This document shows positions 23,719 through 34,161 of a DNA stretch of 45,715 nt, piece by piece (the stretch's first letter is position 1; each line of letters opens with the position of its first letter). The stretch spans positions 1 to 45,715 of IMG/VR virus record IMGVR_UViG_3300036987_000023. One strand, given 5' to 3'. Made by a program: the position numbers and the translations under genes. The stretch comes from a virus (lineage: Duplodnaviria > Caudoviricetes). The notes under the pieces were generated by a model. That model saw only the letters and a list, made by a program, of their open reading frames with translations. It was not told where the DNA came from and did no database searches.

Positions 23719-25398
23719 ATGAGTGACGAAGACATCAGAAAGCTGGTTACATCACGGCAAAGCAAACTGGAAACCCTGCGCTCTCCGATGGAGAGCGTAT
23801 GGCAGTCTGTTTCTGAGTTTGTGAACATCGGGCTCGGTGACATCAAGTCGGACGTTTTCAATGCGGATTGGGGCAAGAAGTCCTTTAACGGCACTGCTAT
23901 CGGCGCGGCTGTCCTGGCGACGGACGGGATTCACGGTTATCATGTGAGCCCGTCCTTCCCCTGGTTTTCGTATGAAATGAGCCGGAACGTGTTGAACAAA
24001 GTCCCTGACATACGGGAATGGTTGCAGCACGAATCAGAGGAAATCTATTCCGCGCTCAACAGCAGTAATTTCTATTCGGAGATGTGGCCGTATATTTTCA
24101 ACGGGTTCACAATCGGCTCGGTTGGGCTTTACGCTGAATATGACATTGAAACAAGCAAGATTGTATTTGACAACGTTCACCCGCGGGAGGCGTATTTTTC
24201 CGTCAACCGGTTCAACGAAGTCGATGTGTTTCACAGGAAACGCAAGCTGACAGCCCGGCAGATAGTCCAGAAGTTCGGGCTTGAGAAATGCCCGGAAGTG
24301 ATCAAGAACGCATATCGAAATGATCCTTTTCAGGATTTTGAAATCATTCACGCTGTCTTCCCACGGGAAGAAAGAAACGATCAGAAGAAAGACGCGAAGA
24401 ATAAAAAGTATGCCTCGGTATGGTACGCGACCGGGAACAGTACGATGCTGTCTGAATCGGGATACGACGAATTTCCCTATAAGGTATGGCGATACATGCG
24501 GATGGCGAATTCTGTTTACGGTTTATGCCCGGCCATCCTTTCGATGGCTGACATCAAGGGTTCAAACATCATAAGTAAAACCCTGCTGGGTGCGGCACAG
24601 ATGCACATTGATCCTCCGCTGAACGTTCCTGCTGCCATGAAAGACAAGGTTCAATGGAAGCCCCGCGGGATTAATCCCTATGACACAGACGGCATGTTTG
24701 TGAAGCCTGCCGTTCTGGGGGGAACATTCCCAGTAGGGTTAGACCGGGAGGAAAAGGTTGAACGGTCCATCCGGGAAAGATTCCACGTTGATACGTTTTT
24801 AATGCTTTCCCAGATGGAAGGCAGGGGGCAGAAGACAGCCTATGAAGTATCTGAAATGATGGGGGAGAAAGCCGCCATTTTGGGCGCTGAGCTTGCCCCT
24901 CTTAATACGGTTATGGATTCAGTTCTTGAACTGGTCTATTCGATTTTGGCAGAACGCGATCCCGCAAATGATGGGAGCATAACTCCCCGGCCTGACATCC
25001 TGTATGATCTGGCCATGCCCGGTGATTCGTTCTCGCCAATGTATCAGGGGCCACTTGCTCAGGCTCAACGGCGGATGTTTAAGACTCAGGGGATTCAGGC
25101 AGGCTTGCAGGTTATTGCTCCGATTATCGAGGCATTCCCGGGGAGCGCCGATGTGGTTAATGCCGATGAAACCGTCCGGACAGTCATGGAGTCGTTTAAT
25201 TTCCCGCAGAAGACCATCAACGATCAGGATTCAGTGGATGCAATCAGAGAGGCCAGGACGCAGGCAATGGCAGCGGAGAATCAAAAGCAGGATATGCTTG
25301 ACGCTGTGGGCGGAGTGGAAACCCTTACAAGAGCCGACGCGAATACCGATGGGGCTCTGGCCGGTGCGGTGGGTAACGCGATGAAAGGTGCAGCATGA
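23719..25398 (+). CDS. Portal (head-to-tail connector) protein
   Basis: 559 aa; SPSFPWF, SNFY, IIHAVFPR, ESGYDEFP, TAYEV, PLAQAQR. Confidence 0.93.
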   Translation: MSDEDIRKLVTSRQSKLETLRSPMESVWQSVSEFVNIGLGDIKSDVFNADWGKKSFNGTAIGAAVLATDGIHGYHVSPSFPWFSYEMSRNVLNKVPDIREWLQHESEEIYSALNSSNFYSEMWPYIFNGFTIGSVGLYAEYDIETSKIVFDNVHPREAYFSVNRFNEVDVFHRKRKLTARQIVQKFGLEKCPEVIKNAYRNDPFQDFEIIHAVFPREERNDQKKDAKNKKYASVWYATGNSTMLSESGYDEFPYKVWRYMRMANSVYGLCPAILSMADIKGSNIISKTLLGAAQMHIDPPLNVPAAMKDKVQWKPRGINPYDTDGMFVKPAVLGGTFPVGLDREEKVERSIRERFHVDTFLMLSQMEGRGQKTAYEVSEMMGEKAAILGAELAPLNTVMDSVLELVYSILAERDPANDGSITPRPDILYDLAMPGDSFSPMYQGPLAQAQRRMFKTQGIQAGLQVIAPIIEAFPGSADVVNADETVRTVMESFNFPQKTINDQDSVDAIREARTQAMAAENQKQDMLDAVGGVETLTRADANTDGALAGAVGNAMKGAA

Positions 25399-25673
25399 GC
25401 AGATTAGATTATTTTCCGACAAATGACCTGATCAAGAATTACCGGAATGTTTTCGGGAGCCATGACGGGTCAACGGTTCTGTATCACATGCTGTACGAGT
25501 TGGGATTGTTTTCGGAAGTCCCTTTGATGCCCGAGGACACCGCGCTCAAGAATTATGCGTCAAGGCTGTTATTGATTTTAGGTGGTGGAGAAGTATCAGC
25601 GGGGGCGGTCACTGTGTTTTTAAAGCACTTGATGGCGCAGCCGCTACCGAAGGAAGAAAATAAAAAAGATTAG
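25395..25673 (+). CDS. Bbp19-like small protein
   Basis: YRNVFGSHDGSTVL; sits between portal and scaffold. Confidence 0.7.
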   Translation: MSRLDYFPTNDLIKNYRNVFGSHDGSTVLYHMLYELGLFSEVPLMPEDTALKNYASRLLLILGGGEVSAGAVTVFLKHLMAQPLPKEENKKD

Positions 25674-25685
25674 GAGGGTTTTAAA

Positions 25686-26459
25686 ATGAGTGATGCCAAC
25701 GATGCCGGCGGGAACAATGGCGGAGATAATGGCGCGGTTACGTTTCCGGGATGGATGTCGAGTTTACCGGACAGCCACAAAAGCAATGAACGATTCGCGC
25801 AGTTCAAAGAGGCTCCCGCAGTTTGGGACAAGTTCGATTCATTGCTACAGGCCGAAGGGAAAGCAATCGTAATTCCTGACGAGAAAGCGAAGCCAGAAGA
25901 AGTAGCGGCGTTTTGGAATAAGGTCGGAAAGCCCGAAAAGGCTGACGGCTATCAAATAACCAAACCTGCCGACTTACCTGAAACGATTCCTTACAATCCT
26001 GAAATGGAGGCGATGTTCCGCAAATTCGCGCACGAAAACAATTACACAAAGGCACAGGCTGAGAAGGCTTGGAATTGGTATTTCAGCCTGGCGAAAGAAG
26101 GCCATGCGGTCACTGAGAAGCAGAAGGCCGAAGCTGAGGCTGAGTCTGTACGTGTGCGCGATGAAGCCGTTACGAAACTAAAAACGGAATGGGGAACGAA
26201 GTTCGACGTCAACAAGGAAATTGCCACGAAAGCATGGAAGACCTTCGGCAAGGGCTTTGAAGACCTACTTGAAAAGGTAATTGACGGAGTGAAGCTGGGC
26301 GATCATCCGGCATTCATGAAGGCTTTCAATTCAATCGGGGCGAAAATGATGGATGACAAGGCGACGTTCGGAGAAGGCGGCGGGGGTGACGGAGATACAC
26401 CGGAGGCCAAAGAAAGAGAGCAGGCCGCGAAGATGTTCCCGTCAATGAATAAAAAATAA
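25686..26459 (+). CDS. Capsid scaffolding protein
   Basis: WMSSLPD, GKPEKADGY, LKTEWG, LGDHPAFMKAF; precedes the capsid gene. Confidence 0.85.
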   Translation: MSDANDAGGNNGGDNGAVTFPGWMSSLPDSHKSNERFAQFKEAPAVWDKFDSLLQAEGKAIVIPDEKAKPEEVAAFWNKVGKPEKADGYQITKPADLPETIPYNPEMEAMFRKFAHENNYTKAQAEKAWNWYFSLAKEGHAVTEKQKAEAEAESVRVRDEAVTKLKTEWGTKFDVNKEIATKAWKTFGKGFEDLLEKVIDGVKLGDHPAFMKAFNSIGAKMMDDKATFGEGGGGDGDTPEAKEREQAAKMFPSMNKK

Positions 26460-26471
26460 GGAGAACACTAA

Positions 26472-27458
26472 ATGGCTACGAATACAGCATATTACGGTCT
26501 GGTGGAACAGGCCAAACGACTCAACCCCGATGGCTCCCTTGCGACCATCATTGAAGTTCTGAACCGGGAAATGGGTATGATTCTTCAGGAAGCGCCCTGG
26601 CTGCCGTCGAATGACATCTGGGTAAACAAAACAGTAAGACGCGGAACCCTGCCGACCTCCGCACGACGCAAGCTCAATAAGGGCGTTCCCAAAGGCGTGT
26701 CCCGGACAACTGAAGTTATGGACGTCATCCAGATGCGCGAAATCTACGCTGAGTATGACAAGGATTACATTGATTCCTTTCCGGAACCCCAGCGGGTAAG
26801 ACTGCAGGAAGCAGGCGCTTTTCTGGAAGGTCTGGGACAGGATCTTTGCGGCGATGTTTTGTATTGCAACGCGAACGAAGAGGCGGACGGAATGCACGGT
26901 CTGGCTGCTCGTTTAAACACCATTGATGGAGAGTTTGTCATCAACGGCAATGGCAGCGGTTCGGACCTGACAAGCATTTACGTTGTAACCTGGGGTGCGA
27001 CTTACGCGCATTTCATTTACCCGAAGAACATGCCGAACCTGGGCATTAAGCACGCGGACCTCGGCGAAGTGACCATCACGGATGCCACAACGTCCGTTCC
27101 GTCAACGTCGCAGTTCCAGGGGTATCGTGATCATTTCCAGGTCAAATGCGGTCTGGTGGTGCGTCATCCCAAGTGTATAGGCCGCGTGGCAAATATTGAG
27201 TCTGCCGGGTCCACCAATACCTTTGATGAAGACCTGCTGATCACGCTGTTGAACAACATGAAAACCGATGCGTCCACCCGTATTTACTGCAACCAGACGA
27301 TCAAAACTCAGGCGGAGATTAAGCTGAAAGACAAATCCAATGTTTATTGGACCTCTCAGAATGGTCTTGATGGCGTTCCGTTCCTGGGATTCCGTCAGAT
27401 TCCCGTCAGAATGATTGACAAAGACATCCTTCTGAACACGGAAGACGCTATTTCTTAA
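26472..27458 (+). CDS. Major capsid protein (BPP-1 Bbp17-like)
   Basis: IIEVL...RKLNKGV...AFLEGLGQ...GLAAR...TSIYVVTWG...RVANI...FRQIPVR..D.LLNTE. Confidence 0.92.
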   Translation: MATNTAYYGLVEQAKRLNPDGSLATIIEVLNREMGMILQEAPWLPSNDIWVNKTVRRGTLPTSARRKLNKGVPKGVSRTTEVMDVIQMREIYAEYDKDYIDSFPEPQRVRLQEAGAFLEGLGQDLCGDVLYCNANEEADGMHGLAARLNTIDGEFVINGNGSGSDLTSIYVVTWGATYAHFIYPKNMPNLGIKHADLGEVTITDATTSVPSTSQFQGYRDHFQVKCGLVVRHPKCIGRVANIESAGSTNTFDEDLLITLLNNMKTDASTRIYCNQTIKTQAEIKLKDKSNVYWTSQNGLDGVPFLGFRQIPVRMIDKDILLNTEDAIS

Positions 27459-27478
27459 TTAAAAGGAGAAAAAAGAAA

Positions 27479-27940
27479 ATGCCTATCATGGATAACGAAT
27501 TGGTTCTTTGCGAAGAGTTGGACATCAGCGGCGTATCTGGCACGGATACGAACAGCACCAACGAAATCTATATTCCGCAGATCAAAAACCACAAAGGGGC
27601 GTCGATCGATGACAGCCCCAACAACAGCGGACGGCTGTTCTGGAACTGCGTGGTTGAAGGTGCGGACCTTCTGGCCGGAACGGATGGATCGACGATTCAG
27701 TGCGATCTTTACAATCACTCCGCAACCGGCGCCGTTGCAGGTGGTGTCATCATCCTGACGAAGACCATCACCGCGAATACCCCGACCGATCACCCGAAAG
27801 GAACGCAGTTGTTTAGCTTGGCGCTGCCGGCGGGTCCGTTGGATCAGTATTTTGAAGCCGAATTTACCATCGGCGGCCAGACGCTGACAACCGGAAAAGT
27901 GACCTCTTGGATCGGTAATGCGATTCAGCAGGGTCAGTAA
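27479..27940 (+). CDS. Capsid cement/decoration protein (Bbp16-like)
   Basis: IMDNEL..STNEI...QY.EAEFT...TTGKVTSWI; follows the capsid gene. Confidence 0.7.
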   Translation: MPIMDNELVLCEELDISGVSGTDTNSTNEIYIPQIKNHKGASIDDSPNNSGRLFWNCVVEGADLLAGTDGSTIQCDLYNHSATGAVAGGVIILTKTITANTPTDHPKGTQLFSLALPAGPLDQYFEAEFTIGGQTLTTGKVTSWIGNAIQQGQ

Positions 27941-27947
27941 TCAAACC

Positions 27948-27975
27948 ATAGGGGAGGGGGCAACCTCTCCCCTAT
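27948..27975 (+). terminator. GCAA-loop hairpin after the head genes
   Basis: ataggggagggg-gcaa-cctctcccctat; no U-tract, so probably a partial terminator or mRNA stabiliser. Confidence 0.6.
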
Positions 27976-27991
27976 CAGAAAGGAATGAAGC

Positions 27992-28351
27992 ATGGAATTC
28001 AGAGCAGTCAGGAAATGCCAGTATGGAAACAAGATTTATCGGGAAGGCGAACGGCTGAGTTTCTCCGGGGATATCGCACCCTGCCCAACGTGTGAAGGAA
28101 CCGGAAAGCTGAAAGGATTAGTATGTGGGAAGTGCAAGGGAACCGCACGATTTAACCCGCCCCATCATTTCATGCCTGTTGATCCGGTAGCTGAGCAAAA
28201 GCAGGTGGAAGAGAAGATCAAAGACGAAGCGGCGCAAATCGAGGAAGTTCGTGCGGAGTTCACAGCAATGGGCGCGGCATTTGACCGGCGCTGGCGTCTG
28301 CCGAAGTTGAAGGCTGAATTAATTGAGGCCAAAAAAGAACGAGGGCTTTAA
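27992..28351 (+). CDS. Small protein with DnaJ-like CxxCxGxG zinc finger
   Basis: CPTCEGTG...CGKCKGT. Confidence 0.7.
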   Translation: MEFRAVRKCQYGNKIYREGERLSFSGDIAPCPTCEGTGKLKGLVCGKCKGTARFNPPHHFMPVDPVAEQKQVEEKIKDEAAQIEEVRAEFTAMGAAFDRRWRLPKLKAELIEAKKERGL

Positions 28352-28951
28352 ATGGCAACACAGGTCAGCATTTGCAATCTGGCGCTTGGCAAGTTTGGCG
28401 GCGTAACCATTACGGACATTAACGAGAACACCCGGGAATCAAGGGCGTGTAAATCGTTTTGGGACCACGTTCGGGATAAGCTGATCAAAGATTATCCGTG
28501 GCGATTTGCCTTGAAGCGGTTCGAGATTGGCGCCGCTCTGTCCGAAGCTCCTGCTTTTCCCGAAGAGCATTATTATTATCCACTGCCGACAGATTGCCTG
28601 CGCGTATTTGAGTTGTGGGAAAGCGGCCAAATGTCTGACGCTCAATGGTCGATTGAAGGCAATAAGCTTTTAACAGCCATTGAAGATCCACAAATCCGGT
28701 ACATCGCCAGGATAACGGATGTTTCTCAATATGGTCCGGAATTTGTCGAATGCTTTGCCTGTGCGCTGGCCGCTGAGATAGGGCCGAAGTTGACAGATAA
28801 TCCGAAGCTCAGGGTAGATTTCTTAAACGAATTATCCATCAATATCAGCAAAGCCGAAAAGTTAAACGCGATCGAGGGCAATCCGCCGAAGCACAAAGAC
28901 GAGCAGGGCTTAGATGCTGGGAATTTTAGCTGGCAGACCACAGGACGTTAA
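28352..28951 (+). CDS. Tail tubular protein A (adaptor)
   Basis: SICNLAL..G...YPWRFALKR...YPLPTDCLRV...LAAEI. Confidence 0.88.
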   Translation: MATQVSICNLALGKFGGVTITDINENTRESRACKSFWDHVRDKLIKDYPWRFALKRFEIGAALSEAPAFPEEHYYYPLPTDCLRVFELWESGQMSDAQWSIEGNKLLTAIEDPQIRYIARITDVSQYGPEFVECFACALAAEIGPKLTDNPKLRVDFLNELSINISKAEKLNAIEGNPPKHKDEQGLDAGNFSWQTTGR

Positions 28952-31692
28952 TGGGCGCATTTACATCACAAACCAATTTCACCGGGGGCGTTTGGTCGCC
29001 TCTCATGGCTGGCCGGACGGATATCGACAAGTATAAAAACGCCTGCCGCCAGATGGTGAATATAATTCCTTACCCTCACGGGCCTGCAACGATGCGTCCC
29101 GGTTTTAGGTATATCGCCAGCACGAAATATTCCGATAAAAAGTCTATCCTGATCCCCTTCGTATCGTCTGACACACAAGCCTATGTTGTTGAATTTGGTG
29201 ACTACTACGCGAGATTTTACACAGATGGCGCGCAGATATCAATCACACCGACGACGTGGGCCAAGGGCGTATATTACGGCGTGGGAGTAATAGTAACAGG
29301 TGGCGCAACGGTCTATAGGTGCATTGTTGGTCATACAAGCGACGACGCTGCGCTTGATTTACTGGCTGGATATTGGGTGGTGACAGACAATTACATTTAC
29401 GAAATACCAACACCTTACGGCGAAGATGATCTTGAGAAAATAAAATATTGCCAGTCAATCGACGTCGCCTATGTTTTCCATCCGGATTATGCGATCCGGA
29501 AACTCTTACACATGGGGGAGACCTCATGGGATATTATTGAAGCAAACTTCCGCCCGCCGCCGCTTGTTGAGGCAGTAACAATTCCTGACACAACAGTATA
29601 TCCGGAAGCAACAACAGGAACATCAGTTAAGTTCATTGCTGGATCCGCTGTTTTTCAGACCGGAGACGTTAACCGGATTATACAATCCGAGCGCTCGCGG
29701 GCAATTATCAAAGCATTTATAAATACTCAAGAGGTAACGTGTGAAATAATCGATGATTTTTTAAGCACATTGCCAATCGCTTCCGGAAGCTGGAAAATAA
29801 CCGGATCACCAAAGGCTATCGTTATCCCGTCAATATCAGAACCGGCCAATGCCTCAGTGACGATCACGGTTGACGACACTGACGAAAGCGGAGTTGCGTG
29901 GGTAAATCTGATTGTTTTTTCTATCCCGGAAGGCGGATTTGTCCCAATTCCGACTATCGAAATCAATTTCGTTGAGTCATCTGTTCCTGATGAACATTAT
30001 GTTAAATTGACCGCATCATGCAAGCCTCCAACGGAGCCAGCGCAAGTTAAATACTTTGATATGCTTTTAACAAAAGGCACGGTCGGCACGCTGGGAAATT
30101 GGGGGTGGGCATGGGGCGACAATGACGGATTGGGTCAAAACACGCTTTATGTCAAAATTGGCGGCGCAAACCCTAATGTTTTGACGGCGGAAAACCTGAT
30201 GGTTTATTCTATGACTAACGGGGAACCTTCTGAAGTCTTTCGTGAGACAGACGAGGGAAAATACCTTGCGATTTATGGCGGGTTGGTCCGGATAACAACC
30301 TTTGTTGATAGCCAGACGATTGTCGGTGATATTATTCAAGAAATGCTTTCTGTGTCGCTTGATAACTCCGGAGACATTGAACCCACATCCGCATGGACGC
30401 TCTATACTGAATTATGGAATGCCACGAATGGATATCCGTCTTGTGGGACTTTTTATGAAGATCGCCTTTTTACCGCAGGTGTTAATAGCTTCCCGGAAAA
30501 CATTAGAGCTTCACAAGTTGGCGATTATGAAAACTTTACCCCAGGCATAACAGACGCTGATTCAATTGATGTGTCGTTGTCGGGACGGTCTTTAAAATCC
30601 GTCAGATGGATTGAACCGAGAGAATACCTTATCGTCGGGACGGATAGCAGCGAGTGGAGATTGGGGCCTGAAGACACAGGGCAGGCGATGACGCCGTTGA
30701 ACATTGTCGCAAAGCAGCAAACGACTTTTGGCTGCGCTGACATTCCGCCGATATCGATCGGGAATTGCACTCTTTTTATTCAAAAGGCTTTACGAAAAAT
30801 ACGGGAGTTCACCAATAATCCCACTACAATCAATATTGAGTATGTCGCACCGGACCTCACTTTATTGGCAGAACACATCACCGAAAGGGGAATCAAAGGG
30901 ATTTGTTACCAGCAAGAACCTTTTTCGATTGTGTGGGCGTGGCTGGAAGACGGTAATATAATCGGCATGACGTATCTGAGGGATCAGGAAGTTATCGCGT
31001 GGCATAAACACCCCACAAACGGCGAGTGCGAAAGCATGTGTGTCATCCCTGGGACGGATCAGGACGAAGTATGGGCTATCATCAAAAGGACAATCAACGG
31101 AAATGCTGTTCGATATATTGAAAGACTTGAACCTGTCTTCAACGACACGCCGATGCTTCATGCGGAAAACAAAGGCGAAAACGCTTTCTTTGTGGATTCC
31201 GGCGTAACTTATAACGGCGATCCGGCCACAGTTATTTCAGGCGGGGAACACCTTGAGGGAGAACCAGTTGTTGTTGTGGCTGACGGGGCTTATGTTGGCG
31301 TTCATATCGTAACAAGCGGGGCCGTGACCCTAAAAACAGCCGCTTCGGTTGTGCATTACGGCCTTCCCTATGAAGCCACATTGGAGCCAATGCTCCCCGA
31401 ATTATCTTTACGAGACGGAACGGCACAAGCAAGAATGAAAAAAACAACCAGCTTGAGGCTCCGATTGTTAAACACAGGCGCCTTTAAGTGCGGCCGGGAC
31501 GAATTGCACCTTGAAGACGTGATTGTCCGGGCAACTGATGATCCGATGGGAACAGCGAAAAAGCTTTATAACGGGGATAAGGTCGTTTCCTTTGAGGGGG
31601 CGATTGATCGGGATTCCCGAATTGTGATCGTGCAGGATAAGCCTCTTCCGCTCACGGTTGTGGCGATTTATCCGGAGGTCAGTCTCGTATGA
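28951..31692 (+). CDS. Tail tubular protein B (nozzle)
   Basis: QTNFTGGVWSP...GPATMRPG...GYPSCGTFYEDRL...DLTLLAEH...AWHKH...PLPLTVVAI. Confidence 0.9.
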   Translation: MGAFTSQTNFTGGVWSPLMAGRTDIDKYKNACRQMVNIIPYPHGPATMRPGFRYIASTKYSDKKSILIPFVSSDTQAYVVEFGDYYARFYTDGAQISITPTTWAKGVYYGVGVIVTGGATVYRCIVGHTSDDAALDLLAGYWVVTDNYIYEIPTPYGEDDLEKIKYCQSIDVAYVFHPDYAIRKLLHMGETSWDIIEANFRPPPLVEAVTIPDTTVYPEATTGTSVKFIAGSAVFQTGDVNRIIQSERSRAIIKAFINTQEVTCEIIDDFLSTLPIASGSWKITGSPKAIVIPSISEPANASVTITVDDTDESGVAWVNLIVFSIPEGGFVPIPTIEINFVESSVPDEHYVKLTASCKPPTEPAQVKYFDMLLTKGTVGTLGNWGWAWGDNDGLGQNTLYVKIGGANPNVLTAENLMVYSMTNGEPSEVFRETDEGKYLAIYGGLVRITTFVDSQTIVGDIIQEMLSVSLDNSGDIEPTSAWTLYTELWNATNGYPSCGTFYEDRLFTAGVNSFPENIRASQVGDYENFTPGITDADSIDVSLSGRSLKSVRWIEPREYLIVGTDSSEWRLGPEDTGQAMTPLNIVAKQQTTFGCADIPPISIGNCTLFIQKALRKIREFTNNPTTINIEYVAPDLTLLAEHITERGIKGICYQQEPFSIVWAWLEDGNIIGMTYLRDQEVIAWHKHPTNGECESMCVIPGTDQDEVWAIIKRTINGNAVRYIERLEPVFNDTPMLHAENKGENAFFVDSGVTYNGDPATVISGGEHLEGEPVVVVADGAYVGVHIVTSGAVTLKTAASVVHYGLPYEATLEPMLPELSLRDGTAQARMKKTTSLRLRLLNTGAFKCGRDELHLEDVIVRATDDPMGTAKKLYNGDKVVSFEGAIDRDSRIVIVQDKPLPLTVVAIYPEVSLV

Positions 31693-32135
31693 GCGAAATA
31701 ATGAACAGACGGGATGTTATAGACGAGCTTCAATATCATATGCAGGAATTGCCTGAATGCGTAGGTCCGGAGGCGTTCCCGTTACAGCACAGTTTCGCCA
31801 AAGGTCTGTATGTCCGTCAGATATCCGTACCGAAGGGCGTGTTGATCATCAGCCAGATTCATCGGTATTCAAACGCGGCGTTTCTTTTGAAGGGCGATAT
31901 CTCTGTTTTCGGGACAGAGGGCGTTTATAGGATACAAGCCCCTGCTTCATTGATCACTCCGGCAGGGACGAAAAGAGCCGTTTATCATCATGAAGACACA
32001 GTATTTGCGACGGTTCACGCGACAGAGGAAACGGACGTCAAGAAGATTGAGGATGAAATATATGTAAAGGATTTCAGTGATATTGATGAAATTATCAACG
32101 CTGAGTTCCGGGAGGATCGTCAATGTCTGGGGTAA
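31689..32135 (+). CDS. Cupin-fold-like protein of the podovirus tail module
   Basis: HSFAKGLYVRQISVPKG...H...GTKRAVYHHEDTVFATVH. Confidence 0.7.
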   Translation: MSEIMNRRDVIDELQYHMQELPECVGPEAFPLQHSFAKGLYVRQISVPKGVLIISQIHRYSNAAFLLKGDISVFGTEGVYRIQAPASLITPAGTKRAVYHHEDTVFATVHATEETDVKKIEDEIYVKDFSDIDEIINAEFREDRQCLG

Positions 32136-32590
32136 TTGCGGGACTTGTCATAGCGGGAATATCGGCGGCAGTGGCGGCAGGCGGCGCCGTTTACTCAGGG
32201 GTACAGCAAAGCAATGCGGCTGATTACAATGCGGCAGTCGCTGAACAGGATGCCCTTGCAGCAAACGACCGGGCAAAATCAGAAGAGGACGCCCACAGGG
32301 AAAGCATCAGAAGGATTCTTGCAACACAAAGGGCGCTCTATGGGAAATCAGGTCTTTCGATGGAAGGCTCCCCTCTGCTGGTTATGGAAGACACAGCAGC
32401 ACAGGGAGAGCTTGACGCTTTGACAATCCGTTACGGCGGGGATATTGCGGCGGCAAAAGGCCGGAGTTCGGCAAACCTTTCCAGGATGCAGGGCGGCGCG
32501 GCGAAGACAGCAAGTTATTTTCAAGCGGGAAGTACGCTTCTTTCGGGGGCGTCAAGTGGAGCGTTTTCATACAATAAGGCCAAAAAATAA
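32123..32590 (+). CDS. Small internal virion (ejection) protein
   Basis: Hydrophobic Ala/Gly N-terminus, QRALYGKSG..MEGSPL. Confidence 0.8.
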   Translation: MSGVIAGLVIAGISAAVAAGGAVYSGVQQSNAADYNAAVAEQDALAANDRAKSEEDAHRESIRRILATQRALYGKSGLSMEGSPLLVMEDTAAQGELDALTIRYGGDIAAAKGRSSANLSRMQGGAAKTASYFQAGSTLLSGASSGAFSYNKAKK

Positions 32591-34161
32591 TGCCTAAAAT
32601 ACCAACATACGAACGCAGATATTTACCACCGGGGCAGAGCGGAAACGTTCAAACGGACGTTGGTTCGGCTGGTATTGTCGGAAACGCCATCCAGAAGGCC
32701 GGAAATACAGGGCTGGCCATCGCCGAGGAATATAGCGATGTCATCGCCCGTAATCAGGAAAAAATCAAAAAGCAGGATGCGGACAATACCATCCTGACCA
32801 TCGGCGCCGCGGTCGATAAAGATCATTACGACTTCATGGCTTCCGAGTTGGGAAAAGAAGGCACGGATGCCTATGATGCCCTTGACCGTGTAAAGAAATA
32901 TTCAGAAGACGCGGTAAAGAAGCATACCGATGGGATTGAAGATCCATATATCAGCCAGAAAATCAAAGAGCATGTCAATTCAAGAACGTCATCGGCCATG
33001 TCCACGCTTGCACACCATCAGGCAAACCAGAGGACTATTGTTCGGGATAAGGCTATTTCCTTGACGCTGGAAACGACCGTGAAGGATTCGTATGCCGGGA
33101 TTGATCCACTTCCGACGCATATTGAACGGTTTACAAGGGCTGTCATGGCTCAGGTAGCCAACGGTTCCCGGTCGGAATCAAATGCCGAAGAATTGCTGAT
33201 GAAGGGCAGAAGCGCGATTGCCGAAGCGTACCTGGATGGAATTGTCAACCGGAGCCCGGCGGCTGCAATGGAAATGATCAAAAGCGGCGTTTTCGGGCAG
33301 TTCATGGTGAAGGCAAAGATCGACGAGTTTGACAAAAAAGCAAACACGATTGCCGAAGCCCAGAAGAAAGACGCGGAAGCAGAAATTAAAGAAAAGGAAC
33401 GCCTTGCCAAAGAAAAACTGAAGGAATCACGCGATGCTACCGGCAATGATTTTGTGTCGAGATATGTAGCCGGAACACTGAAAGATTCCGATATTTTGAA
33501 GTCAAACCTTGAGCCGACAGGGGAAAACTCAAAGGAACACTGGATTGAAAAGAACCGGGTTCGGCGGGAACGTGCAAAAGCCGCGGCTGAAAAGGGCGAT
33601 GGAAAGATAAAAACAGATAAAATGCTTGAATCATCGCTTTACGCCAGGATCGTTAAAGATCCAGAAAGTGTAACGGAAACAGAAATCCTTGATCATATGG
33701 ACAGCAAGCTTACGAAGGACGACGCCAAACAGCTTATTGATGAACGTGCGAAGAGGATCAAGGGCGAAGTTGATCCGGCAAGGGCGGCGGCTGAATCGGC
33801 ATTGATGGAGAACTTTAAAAGGGACCGGAAGGCCGGGATATTTGGCGAAGGGCAGGACGGCGACAAGGAATATGTCCGGCAGGTAGAAGCCGCAAGGCGC
33901 TGGATCAAGGCGCATCCGAAAGAAGAAATATCGGATTATTATGAAAAGATCATGGAGCCGCAAAAGATCGGGGCAATCATGGAGATTTTAGACTTTGTAC
34001 CTTTTGTGAACCCGCAAAGGATTAATCCGGCGGCCGCAAGAGAGCAGATGGAAAAGTCCGGGGAAATACCGAAAGGGAAAGAGGCAAAGAAGATTGTTGG
34101 CTATAAAGACGGCAAGCCCGTTTATGACTTGAGGAATGGAAAGTGGCAGGTGGGGGATTAA
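32590..34161 (+). CDS. Medium internal virion (ejection) protein
   Basis: MPKIPTY start, helical composition, synteny. Confidence 0.72.
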   Translation: MPKIPTYERRYLPPGQSGNVQTDVGSAGIVGNAIQKAGNTGLAIAEEYSDVIARNQEKIKKQDADNTILTIGAAVDKDHYDFMASELGKEGTDAYDALDRVKKYSEDAVKKHTDGIEDPYISQKIKEHVNSRTSSAMSTLAHHQANQRTIVRDKAISLTLETTVKDSYAGIDPLPTHIERFTRAVMAQVANGSRSESNAEELLMKGRSAIAEAYLDGIVNRSPAAAMEMIKSGVFGQFMVKAKIDEFDKKANTIAEAQKKDAEAEIKEKERLAKEKLKESRDATGNDFVSRYVAGTLKDSDILKSNLEPTGENSKEHWIEKNRVRRERAKAAAEKGDGKIKTDKMLESSLYARIVKDPESVTETEILDHMDSKLTKDDAKQLIDERAKRIKGEVDPARAAAESALMENFKRDRKAGIFGEGQDGDKEYVRQVEAARRWIKAHPKEEISDYYEKIMEPQKIGAIMEILDFVPFVNPQRINPAAAREQMEKSGEIPKGKEAKKIVGYKDGKPVYDLRNGKWQVGD

